Positions 29,777-38,041 of a DNA stretch of 64,000 nucleotides are shown here, piece by piece. Below the pieces are notes generated by a model, which made no database searches, was not told the DNA's origin, and saw only the letters and a list, made by a program, of their open reading frames with translations. Made by a program: the position numbers and the translations under genes. Source of the stretch: Candidatus Hydrogenedentota bacterium (GTDB lineage: Bacteria; Hydrogenedentota; Hydrogenedentia; Hydrogenedentales; JAEUWI01); assembly GCA_034669905.1 (NCBI GenBank), contig JAXMOL010000023.1, positions 32,001-96,000 of the forward strand, read 5' to 3'. Positions within the stretch are counted from its first letter, which is position 1; each line of letters opens with the position of its first letter.

Positions 29777-30541
29777 ATGTACCGAGATTATCCGGTCGCC
29801 ACAATCCTGTTGGTAGCGATATTGATTGCGGGCATTTTCCTGGTAAGCGACTACGTCGCAGACCAATCAGAACGGGAGACGGGGCGCTATTCCGTCCTGC
29901 ACACCGATGGGAGCCCCGTCCCGGATAGCGAATTGGATTGGCTCCAGCAGGCGGCAAACACGCTGGCGTATGAAGCCGACGATACGTTTCTTCAGCAAAC
30001 CATTCAATCCGACGGACTCGGCGGAGCCTTTGTGCAGTGGACTGCGGGGAGCTTCGGACCAGGTGCTGTTTTCGGCAGCGCATCCGCCTCGCCAGCGGCC
30101 TATCCCCTCACGCCCCCCATGGCATCCTACTACTTGGATAAAAACGGGAACATTGTACTGCACACCCCGACGGACGCCCAGGTGTTTATGCCCTTCTATG
30201 AGGGGCTGGCCACCGTGGGCGTTTTCCCGGTGGATGCATCCTCGGAAATTTTGGAACCGGAGTTCCGCTATATCAACCGCGAAGGCAATACCCTGCTGAC
30301 ACCCGACTACGAGCAGGTGGAACCGTTCTCGAATGGCAGGGCCGCTTTTCTGGTGGAAGATCGCTGGGGTTATATGGACACGAAGGGCAATGAAATCATC
30401 CCACCTTTGAACCAACTGCCCATCCCCTTCTTAGACGCTAAGGTGGCCGTCGTCCACATGGCCGCGATCGATGATTCCAGTTATCATTTCACCTTGACGT
30501 TGGACGAAGCGGGTAACGCGATCTCGACAGACAGAGAATAA
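29777..30541 (+). CDS. Membrane-anchored WG-repeat protein
   Basis: N-terminal TM; YYLDKNG..PFYEGLA, YINREG..PFSNGRA, WGYMDTKG. Confidence 0.85.
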   Translation: MYRDYPVATILLVAILIAGIFLVSDYVADQSERETGRYSVLHTDGSPVPDSELDWLQQAANTLAYEADDTFLQQTIQSDGLGGAFVQWTAGSFGPGAVFGSASASPAAYPLTPPMASYYLDKNGNIVLHTPTDAQVFMPFYEGLATVGVFPVDASSEILEPEFRYINREGNTLLTPDYEQVEPFSNGRAAFLVEDRWGYMDTKGNEIIPPLNQLPIPFLDAKVAVVHMAAIDDSSYHFTLTLDEAGNAISTDRE

Positions 30542-30545
30542 GACC

Positions 30546-31412
30546 ATGGCATACGTCGAACAACATGAGAACGGAGCAGAAGGCTCCAGCGAGCAGAAAC
30601 GAAAAAAATCAAACACCACGCCGACGCGTCTCTTGCTTCGGGCCAGTATCGCCCTCACGGTCATCTCGTTGCTGGGCGCTCTCTTCCTCCTGATTCTGCG
30701 CCCGGCGGGACAGCAGCTCGGTTGCCAGCAAACCCTCCGCTATACGTGGCACATGCTGTTCGAAGACTACTTTGAGAAGGACGCGGAAGGAAGATATCCA
30801 CCGCTGAGCGGGGTGCCCGGTGTATTCGCGCCGGATTACGATGCCGTAAAGCCCTTTATTTCAGAAGAGAATGGGGTACAGCTTTTTTGTCCGACAGCCC
30901 ACACGACCCACGGCAATCTATCGGTTCAAGCACAACTTCGCCAGCCCACCTATGCCTATTTCGGATATGTGTTTCATAAGGAAGATGAGCTACTCGCATT
31001 CCTTGAGCGCTACCCCATGTTCATCACGGAGGGGGCCGACTTCAACGATGATTTGGTCGCCCCGCCGGGTAGAGGTTCCTTTGGTGGGGATATGTTTCGT
31101 CGACTCCGCAAGGGTGGCGTTTCCCCAGGCGAGCAGGAGATGGTGCGCAATCCCATCGTACTCATGGAAATCCCCCATCAAGAAAAGGAGAAAACGCTTC
31201 CCCATCCAGGGTACAAGGGGAATACGTTGGAATCAGGAGGCAGTATGAAATCCATCACATACGGAGAATCCTACCCCATGACGCCAGCAATCATTGCTAG
31301 AATTTGCGAACTACGTTTGATGTACGCAGACGAAGATTCGGCTACCACCCGCTATCCATTCACCACAACGGTGGACGAAGCGAAAAACCAAATCTCGGCA
31401 GAGGGAGAATAA
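30546..31412 (+). CDS. Membrane-anchored DUF1559-like protein (degenerate H-X9-DG)
   Basis: TM, CQQTL..YPPLS, LFCP, YAYFGY; paralog of the next gene. Confidence 0.65.
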   Translation: MAYVEQHENGAEGSSEQKRKKSNTTPTRLLLRASIALTVISLLGALFLLILRPAGQQLGCQQTLRYTWHMLFEDYFEKDAEGRYPPLSGVPGVFAPDYDAVKPFISEENGVQLFCPTAHTTHGNLSVQAQLRQPTYAYFGYVFHKEDELLAFLERYPMFITEGADFNDDLVAPPGRGSFGGDMFRRLRKGGVSPGEQEMVRNPIVLMEIPHQEKEKTLPHPGYKGNTLESGGSMKSITYGESYPMTPAIIARICELRLMYADEDSATTRYPFTTTVDEAKNQISAEGE

Positions 31413-31416
31413 GATC

Positions 31417-32202
31417 ATGGCATTCGTTGAGCGACATGAGCGTGTTAACAAAGAATCTCGCAACGGACCCCCGAGGTCAGCAAAAGATAGTCGCAACCGT
31501 ATCGTGCTTTGGAGCAGCATCGCCCTCGTCGCCATCGTTTTCTGTGTGGTCGCCGCGGGGAAGGTCTACGCAGTGAGACAACAGGTGTCCTGCGGTGTGA
31601 CGCTCTCCAAGTCTTGGGACTTGGCGCTCCATATGTACAGCAACGGCCACCCCGACAAGTTATTCCCACCCTTGAGCGATACGCCCGGTCACCTCTTCAT
31701 GAATATGTCCGATGTCTATTCCGCCTACGTCACGGACAAAGACCATCCCCTTTTCTGCAGTGCTTCCGAACAGGCTTTCAAAAGCCTGCCGATGGACGCA
31801 AAGTTTGCCCACTCGACTTACGTCTATATCGGGTATGCCTTGCAGAACGAGGATGAACTACTGGCCTTCCTGGACGCCTACCCCGGATTCATTGAGGCAG
31901 GCGCAGACTTTCAAACGGACCTGCCCGCTCCGAAAGGGCGAGGTTCTTTCGGCGGCGACCAGTTTGTCCGGCTGAACGCGGACCACCGCCCGGATGGCCC
32001 GACGGTCGTCCCATCGATACCTGTATTCATTGAGATCCCGAACTATACGGACGAAGGCCAGGTATTTCGCCATCCGACGCCCGGTGGCTATGTATCGTTG
32101 CTCGGCGGTGGCACCACCTTCATGGATTATGGCGATCAATTCCCCATGACCCCGGCTATTATCGAAAAGATAGGAACGCTCAAGGCGCGCTACCCGGGCT
32201 AG
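31417..32202 (+). CDS. Membrane-anchored DUF1559-like protein (degenerate H-X9-DG)
   Basis: TM, CGVTL..LHMYSN..FPPLS, YVYIGY, HPTPGGYVSLLGG. Confidence 0.65.
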   Translation: MAFVERHERVNKESRNGPPRSAKDSRNRIVLWSSIALVAIVFCVVAAGKVYAVRQQVSCGVTLSKSWDLALHMYSNGHPDKLFPPLSDTPGHLFMNMSDVYSAYVTDKDHPLFCSASEQAFKSLPMDAKFAHSTYVYIGYALQNEDELLAFLDAYPGFIEAGADFQTDLPAPKGRGSFGGDQFVRLNADHRPDGPTVVPSIPVFIEIPNYTDEGQVFRHPTPGGYVSLLGGGTTFMDYGDQFPMTPAIIEKIGTLKARYPG

Positions 32203-32248
32203 ACTTCAACGCCCCCGAGCGCGTAGGCATGCCCGCCCAATCGATGCC

Positions 32249-34276
32249 TCACGCCCCTCCGGCTTCTACCTCCGCCGCTTCACCTTCCTCCTCTTCCTCC
32301 TCCGGATAATCCAGCAGCCCCATAGAGGCGATCAATTGGCTACTGAAGCCTAATTCTCCCGCTGGCTCTACCGGCTCATCACCCTCCTCCTCCTCATCGA
32401 TAGCAAAGTTATAGGCCCCCTGTTCCTCCGGGGCCTCTTCTGGGACGGGGGCAGGTTGGGGTACGTCTTCGTCCGCCGTCGCATTAGCAAGGGGCTTGCC
32501 CGGAGCGGCAATATTCGGACCAGGAACGAAATAGTGCTCCACACCGTTTTTGGAAAGACTGACGTGAACCCGTTGATCGGCCTGTCGTCCGAAGCCCAGC
32601 TCTTCGAGGAACATTTGCAACGAAGTTGGCGCCCCCTGGAAGATGGCTTCCAACTCATCGTTCAAGGCCCCGTCAAAAGGCATTGTTTTTTCCATATGTT
32701 GACTGTCGTCACTATAATCCAGGGTTTCGTTCGGCGTAGTTAGAAAGGCGTACAAATTGGGGTAGACCCGCTCGAAGGCCGCCTGGTGGTGCATGTTGAT
32801 AAATATACCGGGAAAATCCACATAGGCACGCATATTTTCCGTGAAGAGCTTTTCGGCCGGCACAGTGTATTTATTTTTCCCACGGCCGAGGTATTTCTTC
32901 TTCTTTTTCCCCAGGCCACGGTATCCCGTGAACTTTCGCCATTTGTAGTTGAGAATCTTCTCCACGTTTCGGGTTTCGTGATAGTTCGCACGGTTCAACC
33001 AGACGTCCGAGTAGAGTTCTACGATTTGTTCAAGCGCGAGTTGGCCGCCCCCGAACTTTGGCTCTTCCAGGAGATTCTTCTTGAATACCGTTCCGTTGCT
33101 GGTCATAAACTTCCATGCCAGATCAAAAACCAGATGGGGAACGGCCTTCAAGAGGGCTTTCACTTCCGCTTTCTTCGGATCACGGGGTTCCATTCGCAGT
33201 TGGGTACGGTGAATCCCGGGAAAAGGGAGCCATACGACTTCCGTGTCACCGCCATAGCTCACCTGCCCCGCACTCAGGGGCGCAAAGCCCGAGCGCCGCT
33301 CGTCCATGGCCAGGGTGATGACACACTTCTTTACGATAGGCGGCAATGAGCGGTAGTCCTGATCCCCCGGAACCGTGGGAAAGGTCTCGTCGATCTCATC
33401 GCTACCGCCCCACGAGCCTTGTTTCCCAAAACGGCCTGGAACCGGGTCGATGGCGAATACGTTCAGGGCGACGGCATCGGCCTCCACCGCTTTGTGGCGA
33501 AGGCCCAAGTTGGGATACTCAACGAGGTCCTGTGAGCTATCCTCATACTTTTGCGCGACTTCAAAAGGACGACCCTCCACAAAAAACTTATGGATCGCCG
33601 TGGAGAGTTTTATGGTCGTCACCGCGCCACGACTCCAGCCAATGAGATTGATGACGTCTGGGAACAAGTCCTCCTTGAGGAGCTCATTCAAGACGAAGAG
33701 CGCGTGGGCGACGTTGTCGTTCCACCCGTCACCGTAGACATCGCCCCGATGCTTTTGACTCCCGCTGGCCTTACTGGCGCCGGTGTGTCCGTCGATCCAC
33801 ATCTCCGAGACACGATGGTTAAAGTCCCGGGTGGTGTTGCTTGTTGATGGCTTCATGACTTTTTCGAAACTGCACGGCCAGAAATCACCGGGCATCGGGT
33901 GGGGTGGTCCCATTTGCCCCAGGTCTTTCCCATCGGGCCCGGCACTGGTCTGGTGGTCGGAACGCCCCACACCATCCAGTATCAGAAAAGAACGGTGGTA
34001 GTGTTTCTTATAGTACTCATTCGCCGCTTCCCCCCCGTCTTGCACGGCGCCCCGGTCCCAATAGGCCGAATGGAACTCCGTCACAAGCTCTTTGCAATGC
34101 CCATAACGGTGCCCGCCCGTTCCATGGCAGAAGATGCTGAACACGCGGGGCATCTTGAAGAGATGCCGGCTGTTGATGGCATAGGTTTTTCGATTTTCCC
34201 CTTCTTTCTCGTAGAATTGGAAGTTGCCATCGTCGTCCTGATAGCTCTTTACCGGATAATAGCGGTCGTCTGGCAT
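32249..34276 (-). CDS. Tle1/DUF2235-like alpha/beta hydrolase (putative phospholipase effector)
   Basis: IFCHGTG, GWSRGA, FAIDPVPG, AMDERRSGF, FPGIH in Tle1 motif order; no signal peptide; AGGGAG RBS before MPDD. Confidence 0.7.
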   Translation of the reverse strand: MPDDRYYPVKSYQDDDGNFQFYEKEGENRKTYAINSRHLFKMPRVFSIFCHGTGGHRYGHCKELVTEFHSAYWDRGAVQDGGEAANEYYKKHYHRSFLILDGVGRSDHQTSAGPDGKDLGQMGPPHPMPGDFWPCSFEKVMKPSTSNTTRDFNHRVSEMWIDGHTGASKASGSQKHRGDVYGDGWNDNVAHALFVLNELLKEDLFPDVINLIGWSRGAVTTIKLSTAIHKFFVEGRPFEVAQKYEDSSQDLVEYPNLGLRHKAVEADAVALNVFAIDPVPGRFGKQGSWGGSDEIDETFPTVPGDQDYRSLPPIVKKCVITLAMDERRSGFAPLSAGQVSYGGDTEVVWLPFPGIHRTQLRMEPRDPKKAEVKALLKAVPHLVFDLAWKFMTSNGTVFKKNLLEEPKFGGGQLALEQIVELYSDVWLNRANYHETRNVEKILNYKWRKFTGYRGLGKKKKKYLGRGKNKYTVPAEKLFTENMRAYVDFPGIFINMHHQAAFERVYPNLYAFLTTPNETLDYSDDSQHMEKTMPFDGALNDELEAIFQGAPTSLQMFLEELGFGRQADQRVHVSLSKNGVEHYFVPGPNIAAPGKPLANATADEDVPQPAPVPEEAPEEQGAYNFAIDEEEEGDEPVEPAGELGFSSQLIASMGLLDYPEEEEEEGEAAEVEAGGA

Positions 34277-34339
34277 TTCTATCTCCCTGTATGAGACGTA
34301 AAAAACTCTGGCCATCGCGGCCACGTGTCCTGCTACGGA

Positions 34340-35650
34340 CTACTCGATGGGTGGAGCGAAGGCAACCTCACATTCATCACCAACAAAGATGGGTACCAAT
34401 GCCTGGCCCGCAGCATCCAGACTCCCGGTATAGACGGAGTTCCTGCCCACCACCTTCAACTCATACCGCCAGTTGGCGGCGGGATCGCCTAAGGGATCCA
34501 GCGCTTCGAGTTTCACCCAGTTCCCACGAATACGCTCCGCCGCAAAATTATCCACTGTGGAGGGCGGAAGAAATACGATCTCACATTCCGTGATATCCGC
34601 TTCCTCGACCATCACAAGGGCACTCCCCACCCCGTCCAGTGCCCCGGTGTACATCGGCTCCTCCCCATTTCCCGGAGCATAGATTTCGTAGCGCCAGGAG
34701 GATGCCGGATTCCCCAGACTGTCGAGTAATTCCAGCTTGATCCAGTCCGGCGCATTGAGCACCGCCTCTGACGGCACATCGTTGTACTCCGTAGGGAAAA
34801 CGACGTGGCAGGCGGCCAGCTCAACACCGGCGGGCACGTCATCCTGGGTGATGCGGGCAAACCCGTCATCATCCAAACGCCCCGCTTTCAACAGATAGGG
34901 GTCGGCCGCGGCACCACCGGCTTCTTCCCCATCCACAGCCGCACCGTCCGCTTCCACCCCTGCAGCACCATCGGCATCCGGATTTGCCTCGGCATCACCC
35001 GCAGGCTCTTCTCCGTTTTCCTCTCGGGGAAATTCGAGTCTGTAGGGATGGCCTTTCGCCGCCTCCCCGTTGGCGTCGAGGAGCTTTATCTCTATCCAAG
35101 GCTTCGGCGGAATAAACACGATGCAGGTAGTCGACTCACCTTCCACCACGACGACGCGATTTTCGTCTTCGTTCGGGGGCATGTGAGAGTCTGCGAAGTC
35201 TTCCGGAAGTACCGGTACGCTGATCTCATACGTCCCTGCGGGCTCAAAGGGATTGAGGATGGCCGACCCATTCGCCTCGTTGGTCACCATGCTCTTGTCG
35301 GCGGGCCGCTGTTCTGCCGCGCCATCCGGTTGGACACCCTCTGGCCCATCTGCCGGGCCGTCTTCCGCTGCTTCAGCGTCGTCTTCTTCCAGACGCAGTT
35401 CCACATTTGCGTTGCCCACAAACTCGTTGGTATCCGACGTGGCGAGGAGAATTCCCAAAGCCGTTGGCGGCCCACCTCCACATTGGGCTGCGGGAGCTCC
35501 CGCGTCCGCATCCGCGCCGGGCGACGCATCCACCTCCGTCTTCAAGTCCGCTTCAATCGCACCCCAATCCGGTCCTGAAGTAGCCGTTGTGTTCCCGTCT
35601 GCCTCCCCGGCTCCGGGCTCTGTCGCCCCCGCGGGCGGAGTGCCAGCCAT
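34340..35650 (-). CDS. Acidic protein with three transthyretin/prealbumin-like repeats
   Basis: Three W[IV].l..lD..G....w.Y......G.LD..G.A......C...F.P units. Confidence 0.65.
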   Translation of the reverse strand: MAGTPPAGATEPGAGEADGNTTATSGPDWGAIEADLKTEVDASPGADADAGAPAAQCGGGPPTALGILLATSDTNEFVGNANVELRLEEDDAEAAEDGPADGPEGVQPDGAAEQRPADKSMVTNEANGSAILNPFEPAGTYEISVPVLPEDFADSHMPPNEDENRVVVVEGESTTCIVFIPPKPWIEIKLLDANGEAAKGHPYRLEFPREENGEEPAGDAEANPDADGAAGVEADGAAVDGEEAGGAAADPYLLKAGRLDDDGFARITQDDVPAGVELAACHVVFPTEYNDVPSEAVLNAPDWIKLELLDSLGNPASSWRYEIYAPGNGEEPMYTGALDGVGSALVMVEEADITECEIVFLPPSTVDNFAAERIRGNWVKLEALDPLGDPAANWRYELKVVGRNSVYTGSLDAAGQALVPIFVGDECEVAFAPPIE

Positions 35651-35674
35651 AACATGCTCCCACGTGTTGATCTA

Positions 35675-36043
35675 TCAGGCAGTGCTTTTCACCGAGCGCT
35701 CTTCGTGTGCGGAGAGCATCTTGAAAATAAAGCCCAGACGCACAGAACCCTCCATCTTCTTATCCCCCAACAGGCGGCGTGCCCACGCCAATTCCTCGTC
35801 CTCATGCAGGCCACGCCCCAGCCCTCTCTCCAGGGTCAGGTACATGGACAGCTCGCGCTCCGTCGTCAAGCCATAGCTCCGCGCCCGAGCGATTCCGTCA
35901 CGGATTTCGGTATCCAATTCCGGGTCGGACATTGCACCACATTCATCGGGAAACTGTTTCCGCAGAAACTCCGTCATGCGTGCGCGAAAAGCGACCATGC
36001 GATCGTCGGAAAACATCTGTATCTGTCGTCGTCGAATTATCAT
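35675..36043 (-). CDS. Small protein resembling the helical C-terminal module of DUF4123 effector adaptors
   Basis: IIRRRQIQMF..F..RM..FL...FP......L...I..GIARARSYG......Y..L...G......WAR.LL. Confidence 0.55.
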   Translation of the reverse strand: MIIRRRQIQMFSDDRMVAFRARMTEFLRKQFPDECGAMSDPELDTEIRDGIARARSYGLTTERELSMYLTLERGLGRGLHEDEELAWARRLLGDKKMEGSVRLGFIFKMLSAHEERSVKSTA

Positions 36044-36091
36044 GCCGAATCACTATTCCCAGATTACTCAGATTCTCGCCCAATGCATGAC

Positions 36092-36120
36092 AGACTACAA
36101 GACTATGTAATTGATTTCAA
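36092..36120 (-). promoter_or_regulatory. Sigma-70-like promoter for the effector-like cassette
   Basis: TTGAAA-N17-TAGTCT on the minus strand, ~50 nt upstream of the 36043 start. Confidence 0.45.
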
Positions 36121-36193
36121 GCAATTTCCCATCTACCTCACGTTTCTTATTCTCGGCCGTCGCAAGGAGAACGAACGTGCTTTCTGGCGGCAA

Positions 36194-38041
36194 TCAGGGG
36201 TGAAGTTGCTTCAAGAGGATATTCCCATCGCCATCGCCATCCATCCAAACCGCCCCGCTACACCCGAAGGCCTGCGGCACAAATTCCGGAGAGGTGGGTT
36301 GATAGGGCTTGGCCATGGGCCACCACGGCCCCGTGACGCCTGGTCCGGTGGCAAGCGCCACAAGGTGCACATCGTGCTGCGGGCGGTCGATGGTCCAGTG
36401 TCCTGTCCAGATGACCCCAGGAAACTGACCGACTTGTCGACGGATGCTTTCCTCCCGCACCAGCTTCCCGTTGGCATAGAGCTGCACGCTCGAGGCTTCC
36501 ACCCAGTGAGGGCCCAGGACACGTATCCCCACGTTGACCTCTCGGGCGTCCTCATCGAGGGAGAGCTGGTCTCCCGATTGAACGGCACCATTGACCTTCA
36601 GATCCACGAGCAGACCATAGCTCACCAAGACCCGCCCGGCCACAAAGGCTTCCATGGCAGCGTCCACGTCGATTGCGCCCGGGTCACGGTCGTTCACCCG
36701 GATGTAGGTTCGCCCCTGGCCCACGATGTACCGGCTTACATCGTGGGAATCACTGCTGCCCACGGGCGTCATGACGTGCCCCCGATTGAGTTGGGTCATC
36801 CAATCGCGGGTCAGTTGCAATAAATCGGTCTGGGTCGCCCCGGAATTGAGCACCTCCATGGCGTTGGCTTGCAGACGCCACCCATTACGATGCGCACCCG
36901 TGGTCGCGTCATAGACGGCGGGGCCAAAGGGCCGAAATCCACCGTGAATGTCCCGGGCATGATTCAGGATGATGGCCCGCACACCGGGTGTTTCGCCGAT
37001 GGCACGGAACACATCATCCCAGTGCTTCCCGCTGGCGTCAGGAACCGACGCTGCAGCCGTTACGGGAAAGATATTGAAATGGCCCACGGCGGTTGTCACT
37101 TCGTTTCCCATTACCGGGGTGAAGTGAGACCGGACGCCAACGGCACGGGCAGCCGCTTCATAGTCGATATGGACGTTGTGGTCCGTCGCAACAGGCAGCT
37201 CTATCCCTTCGCCCGCCAGGGTGATCATGCGCTCTTCCATGGTGGCGTCGCCGTGGCCCGAATGGGTCACGGTGTGCATATGGGGGTCACAGGCCACATA
37301 GCCTTCGGTGGGCACCTCCCGACGGATCGTCAGGTTTACCGTGGCCATAGCGCCCGGCGCGAGCGATACCTCTTGCTGGTCAAGGCTGTATTCAAACCCC
37401 CGCCCGCCGTAGACCTTGTAGTCTCCCGCGGGCAGCATGACACGGCCCTGGCCTGTCGCCGTATACACCACCCCATTTCGAATGGCCATCGTGGCATTGG
37501 AGGTACTTCCCAGGGGCATCAGGACCCCCTCCTCATTTACGAGGGTAATGCGGCCAGGAAGCAACGCGCCGCCATCCTCATCCCGAATGGTAAAGGCCAA
37601 TGCGGAACTCGCCAACACCTGGGCCCGGGGAGCTCGAAGGAGTCTGAATTCTCCCACGCGGATGTCATCCACCGAAAAGCGTTTCCCGGCATGCTGCATT
37701 ACGGCCAGGCGATTTTCCCCCGCCCGCAGGGCACCGGCGGGTATTTCCAGGCAGTGGATCTGGTCTTGCTCATCTTCCAGCAAGGTCCCCATCACTGCCC
37801 CGTTCAGCCAGACCTCCCATCGGGTCTTCACATCCTGCTGCCGCCATTGCAGGGTCCAGGGCACCGCATTGGGTTTCGATTCAAAGGTGAGTTCGTAGGA
37901 AGGCCCATGGGGTGCCGCCGAAAAGGTGCTCCACTCCGCCGTGTCGCCGAGCCGCAGGTGATAGCGCCCTCCGTCCAACACGAGGGCCTCGGCAGCGGCC
38001 ACGAAGAGCCCGAAGCACAAGATGGTGACGCGCCCGGTCAT
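36194..38041 (-). CDS. CehA/McbA family (PHP-like) metallohydrolase
   Basis: CDPHMH, TDHN, GNEVT..GHFN, NHAR, GSSDSH. Confidence 0.85.
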   Translation of the reverse strand: MTGRVTILCFGLFVAAAEALVLDGGRYHLRLGDTAEWSTFSAAPHGPSYELTFESKPNAVPWTLQWRQQDVKTRWEVWLNGAVMGTLLEDEQDQIHCLEIPAGALRAGENRLAVMQHAGKRFSVDDIRVGEFRLLRAPRAQVLASSALAFTIRDEDGGALLPGRITLVNEEGVLMPLGSTSNATMAIRNGVVYTATGQGRVMLPAGDYKVYGGRGFEYSLDQQEVSLAPGAMATVNLTIRREVPTEGYVACDPHMHTVTHSGHGDATMEERMITLAGEGIELPVATDHNVHIDYEAAARAVGVRSHFTPVMGNEVTTAVGHFNIFPVTAAASVPDASGKHWDDVFRAIGETPGVRAIILNHARDIHGGFRPFGPAVYDATTGAHRNGWRLQANAMEVLNSGATQTDLLQLTRDWMTQLNRGHVMTPVGSSDSHDVSRYIVGQGRTYIRVNDRDPGAIDVDAAMEAFVAGRVLVSYGLLVDLKVNGAVQSGDQLSLDEDAREVNVGIRVLGPHWVEASSVQLYANGKLVREESIRRQVGQFPGVIWTGHWTIDRPQHDVHLVALATGPGVTGPWWPMAKPYQPTSPEFVPQAFGCSGAVWMDGDGDGNILLKQLHP

